Notes under the pieces: generated by a model
What the model saw: the letters and a program-made list of their open reading frames with translations, nothing else
The model's database searches: none
What the model was told of the DNA's origin: nothing
Source: a candidate division WOR-3 bacterium
Lineage (GTDB): Bacteria > Hydrothermota > Tepidihabitantia > Tepidihabitantales > Tepidihabitantaceae
NCBI GenBank assembly: GCA_965649295.1
Contig: CBFGKH010000012.1
Span: forward strand, 1 to 40,521
Length of the DNA: 40,521 nucleotides
Direction: 5' to 3'
Position numbers and translations under genes: made by a program
Shown here: piece by piece, positions 8,931-17,292 of the stretch
How positions within the stretch are numbered: position 1 is the stretch's first letter
Layout: each line of letters begins with the position of its first letter

Positions 8931-10814
8931 CTACCGCATCTGCTCGACCGCTCGCTTCACCTCTTCAATTGACGCCCCGTCCTCTAGCGTCGTCAGGTCG
9001 CCGATCTTTGCTCCTTCGACAATCCCCTTCAGCACCCGCCGCATCACCTTACCTGACCTCGTCTTTGGCAGCAGCTTCACAAACTGAACGTCCCGCGGAG
9101 TGGCAATCGCCCCGATCTTCTCCCGCACCAGGTTGATAATTGACCTCCGCATCTCTGCCGATGGCTCCTGTCCCTGCTTTAGAACGACAAAAGCCACCAC
9201 CGCCTGTCCCTTCAGCTCATCAGCCACACCGATCGCACTTGCCTCGGCCACCGCTGGGTGACCAGATATTACCTCCTCAACCTCCCGCGTGCCCAACCGA
9301 TGACCGGCAATGTTGATTACTTCATCAGCCCGCCCCAGTACCCAGAAATAGCCTTCTTCATCGCGAATCGCAAAATCGCCAGTGTAGAAAAGTAGCTTAC
9401 CAGGAAAGTGCTTCCAGTAGGTCTGCTCATAACGCTCATCATCCCCGTAGAGCGTCAAGAAAGTGCCTACCGGCAACGGCGGCCTAGCTACCAGCAAACC
9501 GCGCTGCCCAGCAAGAACCTCCTCGCCGTTCTCATTGACAACAGCCAGGTCCCACCCATAGACCGGCTTCGTGGGCGAACCCGGCTTGAACGGTAGCAGC
9601 TCGATCCCCGGCATGTTCGCCAGCATCGGCCAGCCTGACTCGGTCTGCCAGTAGTGGTCGATCACCGGCTTGCCTAGCGCGTCCTTAGCCCAGTTCCAGG
9701 TCGGCTCGTCGAGCGGCTCACCGGCGAGAAAGATGTAGCGGAGTGCCGAGAGGTCATGTTGCTGGAACCAATCCGCCGGAAACTTCCGGAGCATTCGCAT
9801 TGCTGTCGGCGAGCTAAACATCACGTTGACACGGTGCTTCTCACAGACCTGCCACCAGATGCCTGGGTTAGGAAAGTCGGGTGTGCCTTCGAACACAACC
9901 GTGGTCAAACCCGCCAGCAACGGTCCGTAGCAAACATAAGAATGACCAACTGTCCAACCGAAATCCGAGGTCGAAAAATAGACGTCTCCATCTCTTGTCC
10001 CGTAAATGAGTGGCATCGAGGCGTAAAGCGCTGTCATATGTCCGCCGGTGTCTCGGACCACGCCCTTGGGCTTACCAGTTGTCCCTGAGGTATAGAGCAA
10101 ATAAAGGGGGTGGGATGATTCAACCGGCACCGGGTCAACTTCGGCGCCCGCGTGCTTCGCCATCTCCTCGTACCAGAGCCGGTCTCGGCCAGCCACACGC
10201 TGCCAGCTGTTGAGACCGCGGTCTAGCACCACTACGTGCTGCACTTTGTTCTTGGCAATGGCCAATGCCCGGTCGCAGATGCCCTTCAAGTCAACCGGTT
10301 TCTGCTTACGGATACCGCCATCAGCAGTGACGACGACCTTGACCCCGGCGTCGTCAATTCGATCGGCCAGCGACTCGACACTGAACCCAGCGAAGACAAC
10401 TGCATGCGGTGCACCGAGGCGAGCGCAGGCCAGCATCGCCACCATCGTCTCAGGCACCATCGGCAGGTAGATGAGAACCCGGTCACCCTTCGCCACTCCG
10501 AGCGAACGCAGTACTGCCGCAAACTGGTTGACCTCATCAAGCAGCTCACGGTAGGTTATCGTTCTCGACCTACCGGTTTCCGGGCTCTCCCAAATAACTG
10601 CCACGCGGTTGCCCCGCCCACTCGTAACATGCCGGTCCAGCGCATTGTAGCAAAGATTGGTCTCGCCACCGGTGAACCAGCGATAGAACGGTTCACGCGA
10701 ACGGTCAATTACCTTATCCCACTTCCGGTACCAGTGTAGCTTCTCGGCCCATTCTGCCCAAAACTCCTCCGGCTGCTCCACTGACCGGCGATAGGTCTCC
10801 TGATAAGTCGCCAC
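8931..10814 (-). CDS. prpE: Propionate--CoA ligase (Acs/PrpE family, PrpE-like)
   Basis: YTSGTTGKPKGVVRDTGG (PrpE-type RD.GG rather than Acs H.TGG), DHYWQTESGWP, GHRLGTREVEE and LPKTRSGK. GTG start with a GAGGAGG SD. Confidence 0.8.
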   Translation of the reverse strand: MATYQETYRRSVEQPEEFWAEWAEKLHWYRKWDKVIDRSREPFYRWFTGGETNLCYNALDRHVTSGRGNRVAVIWESPETGRSRTITYRELLDEVNQFAAVLRSLGVAKGDRVLIYLPMVPETMVAMLACARLGAPHAVVFAGFSVESLADRIDDAGVKVVVTADGGIRKQKPVDLKGICDRALAIAKNKVQHVVVLDRGLNSWQRVAGRDRLWYEEMAKHAGAEVDPVPVESSHPLYLLYTSGTTGKPKGVVRDTGGHMTALYASMPLIYGTRDGDVYFSTSDFGWTVGHSYVCYGPLLAGLTTVVFEGTPDFPNPGIWWQVCEKHRVNVMFSSPTAMRMLRKFPADWFQQHDLSALRYIFLAGEPLDEPTWNWAKDALGKPVIDHYWQTESGWPMLANMPGIELLPFKPGSPTKPVYGWDLAVVNENGEEVLAGQRGLLVARPPLPVGTFLTLYGDDERYEQTYWKHFPGKLLFYTGDFAIRDEEGYFWVLGRADEVINIAGHRLGTREVEEVISGHPAVAEASAIGVADELKGQAVVAFVVLKQGQEPSAEMRRSIINLVREKIGAIATPRDVQFVKLLPKTRSGKVMRRVLKGIVEGAKIGDLTTLEDGASIEEVKRAVEQMR

Positions 10815-10874
10815 AGTTCCTCCTCTAAATGAACTATGATGGTAACCGGCTATTCGGAAGCCCAGATTCCAGGA

Positions 10875-12818
10875 CTAGAGCGGCTCAATTAGGATGAGCG
10901 GCTGGCCATACTCAACCGATTCACCGTCGCCAACCAGGATGTCGAGAATCTTGCACTTCTTCTCTGCCTGAATCTCGTTCATCAGTTTCATCGCCTCAAC
11001 GATGCAAAGCGTCTGTCCTGGCTGGACTATGTCGCCCTTACGGATGAATGGCGGCGCCTCAGGCCGGGGCCGCAGGTAGAAAGTGCCCACCATCGGCGAG
11101 GTGACCTCCTCACCGGCCGGCGGCCGTTGCTCCGCAGTCGCTGCTGGTGTCGCTGCCGACGGAGCAGGCTGCGGCTCAGTCCGAACTGGCTCTGGCTGCG
11201 GCGTAGCCGGTGTCACGACCGAAGCTACTGCTGGCAGTTCGGCCGGAACCGGACCACCGCGCTTAATTCGCACCTTGGCCTGCCCAAGCTCCCAGTCAAG
11301 TTCAGTCACACCGTGGGCACTGGCCAGCTCCACCATCAGTCGCAGCCGCCGCATCTCCGGATCCTCAGGCGGTGCCGCTGGCTGGACCGGCGCCGGCTGC
11401 GACTTGGGCTTCTCCGACGGTCTAGGTTCCTCGACCGCTGCTGTCGGGTTCTTGCGCCACTGAAAGAACCTAAGTGCAACCTCAGGAAAGATGGCATATG
11501 AAATATAGTCCTCTTCCTGCTGCACTAGGTCTTTGGCCAACTCGCGTCGCACCTTGGGCATGGCCGGTTCAAGCAGATCGGCAGGCCGGCCCTTGATAGG
11601 CTTCTCGTTGCCGAGAATCTTGGCCGCGACCGCCTCGCGAATTGGCGCTGGTGGCCGACCATACAGTCCCTTGACGTAATCCTTGACCTCTTTCGGCACC
11701 AGCTTGTACCGCTCACCGGCCAACACGTTCATCACTGCCTGCACGCCGACAATCTGACTTGTCGGCGTCACCAGCGGTGGAAACCCCAGGTCCTCACGCA
11801 CCCGCGGCACTTCTTCCAGCACCTCGGCTAGCCGGGCCTCAGCCTTCTGCTCGCGCAGCTGGGAGAGCAGATTAGAGGCCATGCCACCTGGTATCTGATG
11901 GGTGATGACCATCGAGTCAATCACCTTACTGATGCCGACGCAACGCTCGCCATGGAGTTTCTCAAAATGGTTCTCGATGACTTCCATCCGACCAAGATCC
12001 AGACCAGGGTCGCGGGGCGTACCCACAAAACAGGCCAGCATTGTCTCGGCTGCCGGCTGCGAGGTCATGAATGCCAGCGGTGCAGTGGCCGTATCGATCA
12101 CATCAACACCGGCCTCGGCCGCCTTGAAATAGGCGGCAACTGCCATTCCGCTTGAGGCATGACAGTGAAGCTGAACCGGCAGGCCCAGTTCCTGTTTAAG
12201 GGCGGCAACCAACTCGTAGGCAGTGGTTGGCGAGATTATGCCGGCCATGTCCTTGATGCAGATCGAGTCAATGCCCATCTCCCGCTGCTCTCGGGCTCGG
12301 GCCAAATAATACTCAATCGTGTGGACCGGACTGATGGCATAGCAGAGGGTGCCCTGCGCGTGTTTACTGTATTTCTTGACGTATTCTATTGCTCGTTCGA
12401 GGTTACGGACATCATTCAGGGCGTCAAAGATGCGGTAGATGTCCATGCCGCGCTCGGCCGAACGGGCAACAAACTCCTCGAGAACGTCGTCTGGATAGTT
12501 CTTGTAGCCGACCACATTCTGGCCGCGCAGCAACATCTGCAGCTTTGTCTTCTTGACCCGCCGCCGAATCTCTGTAAGCCGCTCCCAAGGGTCTTCGTTA
12601 AGGTAACGCAGGCAGACGTCAAAGGTCGCGCCACCCCACATCTCCAGCGAATGGTAACCGACCTCATCAAGCGTTTCGAGTATCGGCAGCATGTCTGCCA
12701 GCCGCATCCGCGTCGCCCAGAGCGACTGGTGGGCATCGCGCAAGGTCGTATCAGTGAATCTAATTTTGGCAGTCGCAGCCTGTGGCTCGATCAACTGCTC
12801 ATCCTTGGTTGTCTTCAT
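10875..12818 (-). CDS. Pyruvate/oxaloacetate carboxyltransferase (OadA/PycB/5S-like) fused to an AccB-like biotin carboxyl carrier
   Basis: DTTLRDAHQSL, EMWGGATFD, EDPWERL, KDMAG, HCH, HQIPGGM and PPLVTPTSQIVG, then a Pro/Ala linker, SPMVGTFY and the biotinylation motif EAMKLMNE. Confidence 0.88.
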   Translation of the reverse strand: MKTTKDEQLIEPQAATAKIRFTDTTLRDAHQSLWATRMRLADMLPILETLDEVGYHSLEMWGGATFDVCLRYLNEDPWERLTEIRRRVKKTKLQMLLRGQNVVGYKNYPDDVLEEFVARSAERGMDIYRIFDALNDVRNLERAIEYVKKYSKHAQGTLCYAISPVHTIEYYLARAREQREMGIDSICIKDMAGIISPTTAYELVAALKQELGLPVQLHCHASSGMAVAAYFKAAEAGVDVIDTATAPLAFMTSQPAAETMLACFVGTPRDPGLDLGRMEVIENHFEKLHGERCVGISKVIDSMVITHQIPGGMASNLLSQLREQKAEARLAEVLEEVPRVREDLGFPPLVTPTSQIVGVQAVMNVLAGERYKLVPKEVKDYVKGLYGRPPAPIREAVAAKILGNEKPIKGRPADLLEPAMPKVRRELAKDLVQQEEDYISYAIFPEVALRFFQWRKNPTAAVEEPRPSEKPKSQPAPVQPAAPPEDPEMRRLRLMVELASAHGVTELDWELGQAKVRIKRGGPVPAELPAVASVVTPATPQPEPVRTEPQPAPSAATPAATAEQRPPAGEEVTSPMVGTFYLRPRPEAPPFIRKGDIVQPGQTLCIVEAMKLMNEIQAEKKCKILDILVGDGESVEYGQPLILIEPL

Positions 12819-14175
12819 AATATCTGATAATCTCCTGACTCACAAGTTCCATTGCCATTGCCCTTGAACCCTTGACCAGGATTGTATCGCCCGGTTTGAC
12901 CAAGTCAAACACCGCTCCCCTGGCTTCTTTGCTCGAATCGAAACGGACAATCCTTTCCAGGCCGGCTGCCCGCGCACCCCTTGCCGTAAACTCGCCAGCT
13001 GGCCCAACCAAGACAAGTCTATTTACAAAACCTGCTGCCAAGCTGCCCAATCGCTCATGAAACAGGGCTGAATCCTCTCCCAGTTCCAGCATATCGCCAA
13101 GAAAGGCGATACGACGTTCGACCGGACCAGCTCTACCCAGAACCTCAAGAGCTGCCGCCATGGACTGGGGATTGGCATTATAGCAGTCTTCAATTAACGT
13201 AACCGGCCCGAGCCTGATGACTCGCAGCCGCATCGGCGGTGGAACGAAACTGGCGATCGCTACTGGCATCTCGTCAAACTCCATGCCAACTGCAGCGGCT
13301 GCAGCGCAGGCAGCGAGGCAGTTCAGGACATTGTGCCGGCCCGGTATCGGTAGCACAACCTCGTGTCGGCCCTGGAGCTTGAATCGGCTGCCAACAATCC
13401 CATCATCCCTGACATCGCTAGCAAAGACAGTTGCGCGGTTCTGTAGTCCAAAGGAGATTTGTGACAAGTCTGGTCTGGCCCGGCTGATTGCCATCACTGC
13501 TGGGTCATCGGCATTGACCACCGCCACCCCATTCTCGGGCAACGCCGCGAGCAGCTCTGCTTTCTCTTGGGCAACGCCTTGCCGACTCTTCATGAACTCA
13601 AGATGGGTATCGCCGACGTTAGTGATAACTCCAATCTCAGGGCGACAGATGGCAGCCAGTCTCGCTGTACCGCCAAGCTCGTTCATCTCAATCTCAAAGA
13701 TTGCCACCTCGGTCTCGCGACTCATGCGCAGAACGGTCAGCGGCACACCGATATCGTTATTGAAGCTGGCCTCGGGTTTCAGTGTCCGGAACCGCCTTCC
13801 CAAGATTGCAGCGAGCAACTCCTTCGTCGTGGTTTTGCCATTACTGCCGGTTACGGCTATCACCCGGGCTGAGAGTCGGTCACGATGCAGCGAAGCAATC
13901 CTGGCCAAGGCCGCAGTCGTGTTGGCAACAACAACTGCCAGCACCTGGTCTGGAACTGCCGCCTCAGTCTCGACGACTACTCCGACCGCCCCGCGCTCAA
14001 CCGCCTGCTGGCAAAATTGGTGCCCGTCTAGCCGCCGGCCGCGAATGGCAACATAGAGGTCACCAGGTTGCAGAGTACGGGTGTCAATCGAGATACCGGT
14101 CACCTCCTGTTCCTGGCAGTTGACCAGCCTGCCACCAGTGGCAGCAACAATCTCACTCAGTCGCATTGGTTCCAT
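12799..14175 (-). CDS. murF: UDP-MurNAc-tripeptide--D-Ala-D-Ala ligase
   Basis: SIDTR, DGH, VTGSNGKTTTKE, FNNDIGVP, TNVGDTHLE, DCYNANPQSM, GDMLELG and VKGSR. Confidence 0.95.
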   Translation of the reverse strand: MEPMRLSEIVAATGGRLVNCQEQEVTGISIDTRTLQPGDLYVAIRGRRLDGHQFCQQAVERGAVGVVVETEAAVPDQVLAVVVANTTAALARIASLHRDRLSARVIAVTGSNGKTTTKELLAAILGRRFRTLKPEASFNNDIGVPLTVLRMSRETEVAIFEIEMNELGGTARLAAICRPEIGVITNVGDTHLEFMKSRQGVAQEKAELLAALPENGVAVVNADDPAVMAISRARPDLSQISFGLQNRATVFASDVRDDGIVGSRFKLQGRHEVVLPIPGRHNVLNCLAACAAAAAVGMEFDEMPVAIASFVPPPMRLRVIRLGPVTLIEDCYNANPQSMAAALEVLGRAGPVERRIAFLGDMLELGEDSALFHERLGSLAAGFVNRLVLVGPAGEFTARGARAAGLERIVRFDSSKEARGAVFDLVKPGDTILVKGSRAMAMELVSQEIIRYYEDNQG

Positions 14176-14177
14176 GG

Positions 14178-15200
14178 CTAGACAATGAGCATTGCGTCGC
14201 CAAACGAGTAGAACCGGTAGCGCTGGGCAATGGCATGCTGATACGCGGCCAGCACTCGCTCCCGGCCAGCAAACGCTGCCACCAGCATTAGCAGTGTTGA
14301 ACGGGGCAGGTGGAAGTTCGTCAGCAGCGCACCACAGACTCGCCAGTGGTGACCTGGGTAAATATAGAGCTGTGTCAAACCCTGACCGGCCTGTACCATC
14401 ACCCCTCTGTCTGTCGTGACGGCCTGTGTCTCGAGCACACGCACCGTGGTCGTGCCAACGCAGACTACCCGCCGACCTGCAGCTAGGGCACGGTTCACCT
14501 GAACAGCACTCTCGGCCGAGAGTACAAACTCTTCCTCGTGCATTGTGTGCTCTTCAACCACTGTTGTCTTGACCGGCCGGAACGTGCCCAAACTGGCGTG
14601 CAGCGTCACCTGGGCCATTTCAACTCCCTGTTCTGCCAGCCGCGCGAGCAGCTCGGGCGTGAAATGGAGGCCAGCTGTCGGCGCTGCCACTGCGCCGGTC
14701 TGGCGGGCGTAAACTGTCTGATACCGTTCAAGGTCGGCACACTGCTGCTTGATGTACGGCGGCAGTGCCAGTTCACCGTGCTGGTCGAGCAGCCTCGCTA
14801 CGTCAGCACAATCAAATCTGATAATCCGTAATCCATCTGGCTTTCGCTCCAGCACTTCGACACTGGCATCGCCGATAGTAATTCGAGTACCAGGTCTTGC
14901 CTTGCGTGCTGGCCTGGTTAGTGCTTCCCAGACATTGGCATCAACCTGCCGCACAAGCAGCAACTCGATACTGCCGCCCGTGGCCAGTCGACCAAACATC
15001 CGGGCCGGCATTACCCTTGTATCATTGAGTATAAGCAGGTCCCCTGGCCGTAGCCAATTCCCAATGTTAGCAAACCGGTCATCGTGTAGCTCGCCGGTGC
15101 TCCGCTCCAAGACCAAAAGACGCGATGCGGCCCGATCTGGCAACGGCTCTTGGGCAATCAGTTCTGGCGGTAGCTTGTAATCGAAATCGGCAACGAGCAT
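14178..15200 (-). CDS. queA: tRNA preQ1(34) SAM ribosyltransferase-isomerase
   Basis: FDYKLPPELIAQEP, LPPYI, YQTVYA, AAPTAGLHF, GTFRPV, VGTT, TNFHLPRSTL and YRFYSFGDAM. Confidence 0.97.
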   Translation of the reverse strand: MLVADFDYKLPPELIAQEPLPDRAASRLLVLERSTGELHDDRFANIGNWLRPGDLLILNDTRVMPARMFGRLATGGSIELLLVRQVDANVWEALTRPARKARPGTRITIGDASVEVLERKPDGLRIIRFDCADVARLLDQHGELALPPYIKQQCADLERYQTVYARQTGAVAAPTAGLHFTPELLARLAEQGVEMAQVTLHASLGTFRPVKTTVVEEHTMHEEEFVLSAESAVQVNRALAAGRRVVCVGTTTVRVLETQAVTTDRGVMVQAGQGLTQLYIYPGHHWRVCGALLTNFHLPRSTLLMLVAAFAGRERVLAAYQHAIAQRYRFYSFGDAMLIV

Positions 15201-16085
15201 CTAGGGCAGTTCCGCGCCGGTTAGCAACCGGTAGGCCTCGCGGTAGCGCGCGGCTGTGCCGCTAATCACTGCCGGCGGCAGATGCGGTGCTGGCGGCTTC
15301 CTGTCCCAGCCGCTGGCAATGAGAAAGTCGCGCACAAACTGCTTGTCAAAGCTCGCTGGCGAGCTGCCCACCTGATACTCGGCCCGCGACCAGAACCGCG
15401 ACGAATCGGGTGTCAACGCCTCATCAATCCAGATGAGCTTGCCGTCGAGCAGCCCAAACTCGAACTTCGTATCGGCAATGATGATGCCACGACCGAGCGC
15501 ATACTCGGCTGCCTCACGGTAGATGCGCAACGAAACCTCCCTGACCTGGCTGGCCAGCTCGCTACCAATAAGTTCAGCTGCCTGCTCAAAACTGATGTTC
15601 TCATCATGACCGGTCTGAGCCTTGGTCGAGGGAGTGAAAATCGGCTCCGGCAGTCGCTCTGCTTGCCTTAACCCTGCTGGCAACTGCTGGCCGCAGACCG
15701 TGCCGGTTCGCTGATAGTCATTCCAGCCACTGCCGGCCAGGTAGCCGCGCACCACGCACTCAATCGGCAGCGGCTGGCAGCGCCGGACCAACATTGCCCG
15801 ACCATCCAGAGTATCTCCGAACTGCTGTAGCACCGTCGGGAAATCAGCCACGTCAGTTGTCACAAGGTGATTGGGCACTGTCTCGCGGAAACGCTCAAAC
15901 CAAAATCGAGACAACTGGGTCAGTACCCGGCCCTTGTCTGGAATCGGGTCGGGCAGCACAACATCGAATGCCGACAACCGATCGGTACAAACAATCAGCA
16001 AGTACTCACCGACCGCAAAGATGTCTCTGACCTTACCCCTGCCAACCTGTTTGATACCTGGCAGCTCAACCTTTGAAAGAAGCAT
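15201..16085 (-). CDS. purC: SAICAR synthase
   Basis: GKVRDIF, TDRLSAFD, ECVVRGYLAGS, FTPSTKA, ADTKFEFG, DEALTPDSSRFW and DKQFVRD. Start ATG 16085 with an AGGAGG SD. Confidence 0.96.
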   Translation of the reverse strand: MLLSKVELPGIKQVGRGKVRDIFAVGEYLLIVCTDRLSAFDVVLPDPIPDKGRVLTQLSRFWFERFRETVPNHLVTTDVADFPTVLQQFGDTLDGRAMLVRRCQPLPIECVVRGYLAGSGWNDYQRTGTVCGQQLPAGLRQAERLPEPIFTPSTKAQTGHDENISFEQAAELIGSELASQVREVSLRIYREAAEYALGRGIIIADTKFEFGLLDGKLIWIDEALTPDSSRFWSRAEYQVGSSPASFDKQFVRDFLIASGWDRKPPAPHLPPAVISGTAARYREAYRLLTGAELP

Positions 16086-16089
16086 GCTA

Positions 16090-16731
16090 CTACCTCCTCG
16101 GTACACCCACCGGCATCAGGTATAGCGGTTCGAACCTGCCACCGGTCAACCGCTTCACCTCCTGATCAGCAAACGCTCCGACCATCACCGTGCCTAGTCC
16201 CAGTGCCACACACTGCAAATGAACGTTCTGGCCGACGTGACCAGCTTCCATGTGCACATACCGCCGACCTCGTTCGCCATAGCGCCTCGTGGTGCGGCTG
16301 TAGTCTGCAGCTAGCACGACAACTGCGGCCGCATCCACCACCCACTTCTGACCATAGGCCGCACTACCGAGTTCGGCACGCAGGTCCTTAGTGCCTAACC
16401 GATGCAGGGTATGGTCGCTCCCATCATACCGATAGAGTCCTGACCCCAGCCCACGCACCCGACCGGAAGCTACAAAGACCTGCAGCGGATAGGTTGCACC
16501 AGCTGATGGTGCGGTGCGGCTACCCGGCTTTGCCGAATTGCCTTGTGCTGCCCAGAGAAGCTGACCCAGTTGCGACAGCGAAAGCGACTCCGGGCCGAAA
16601 CTGCGTACCGACCGCCGGGACCAGAGCGCTCGCTCCACAGAAACCGCGCCGATGGTGTCTGGCGCCGGCAGCCGCACAACCGAATCCATGGACAAGGGAG
16701 CGGCCAGCAAAGCTAACAACCAAAGCATCAT
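16090..16731 (-). CDS. SagB/ThcOx-family nitroreductase-fold protein with an N-terminal hydrophobic signal
   Basis: RRSVRSF, LGQLLWAAQG, RTAPSAGATYPL, RYVHMEAGHVGQN, LGLGTVMVGAF and LYLMPVG. Confidence 0.85.
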   Translation of the reverse strand: MMLWLLALLAAPLSMDSVVRLPAPDTIGAVSVERALWSRRSVRSFGPESLSLSQLGQLLWAAQGNSAKPGSRTAPSAGATYPLQVFVASGRVRGLGSGLYRYDGSDHTLHRLGTKDLRAELGSAAYGQKWVVDAAAVVVLAADYSRTTRRYGERGRRYVHMEAGHVGQNVHLQCVALGLGTVMVGAFADQEVKRLTGGRFEPLYLMPVGVPRR

Positions 16732-17231
16732 TGCCGGCGGCCAAGCTCCTTATCCTTCTTCGCCACCTCCTTGGCCATGCCCCGGCGGTAGGCGACGAGC
16801 TTCTGCGCCAGCGACTGGTCACCAAGCGCCAATATTGCAACTGCCAGCATACCGGCATTGGCCGCTCCGGCCTTGCCGACAGCCATGCAGGCCACCGGCA
16901 CGCCAGCCGGCATCTGCACGGTCGAAAGCAGAGCGTCGAGGCCGTTCATTCCAGCATCAAGCGGTACCCCAATCACCGGCAGTGTGGTATGCGCGGCCAC
17001 AAACCCAGCCAGATGCGCAGCCTTGCCAGCACCGCAGATGATGACCCGCACCCCTTGGCTCGCTGCCCGCACAGCAAACTGCCGACAGCGGTCTGGTGTC
17101 CGGTGTGCGGATATTACATGTAGCTCATAGGGAACACCGAAACGGTCGAGAATCTGACAGGCTTCTGCCATTACTGGTTCGTCGGCGATACTACCCATCA
17201 AGACGGCTACTAGCGGCTTGTTCACATTCAT
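16728..17231 (-). CDS. purE: N5-CAIR mutase
   Basis: LMGS..D, VISAHRTP, GAGKAAHLAG, PVIGVP, DALLSTVQMPAGVPVA and NAG.LA. Confidence 0.96.
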   Translation of the reverse strand: MNVNKPLVAVLMGSIADEPVMAEACQILDRFGVPYELHVISAHRTPDRCRQFAVRAASQGVRVIICGAGKAAHLAGFVAAHTTLPVIGVPLDAGMNGLDALLSTVQMPAGVPVACMAVGKAGAANAGMLAVAILALGDQSLAQKLVAYRRGMAKEVAKKDKELGRRQ

Positions 17232-17237
17232 AACCCA

Positions 17238-17286
17238 ATTCTAGCTGCCGAGCGTGGTTTGTAAAGCGCCCGGCCATAGCTATAAT
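17238..17286. promoter_or_regulatory. Back-to-back sigma70 promoters for purE (-) and larA (+) with overlapping -35 boxes
   Basis: Minus: TTTACA-16-TAGAAT-6 nt-ATG. Plus: TTGTAA-16-TATAAT-6 nt-GTG. Confidence 0.7.
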
Positions 17287-17292
17287 CAGCCT

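Noticed and set aside
11100..11450. Pro/Ala-rich low-complexity repeats
   Set aside because: These are ordinary flexible linkers of a biotin-carrier protein, not a DNA repeat element.
13217..14056. Long antisense ORFs (also 12159-12827, 30093-30788, 33943-34791, 37468-38241)
   Set aside because: They are shadow frames of well-supported genes in GC-rich DNA and have no recognisable motifs.
16090..16731. SagB/ThcOx gene as a sign of a thiazole/oxazole RiPP cluster
   Set aside because: No YcaO, precursor peptide or transporter is nearby. Stand-alone members of this family are common.
16728..17231. purE next to larA could be larB (LarB is PurE-like)
   Set aside because: It has canonical PurE motifs (SAHRTP, AAHL, STVQMP.GVPV), PurE length, no LarB N-terminal domain, and is linked to purC.
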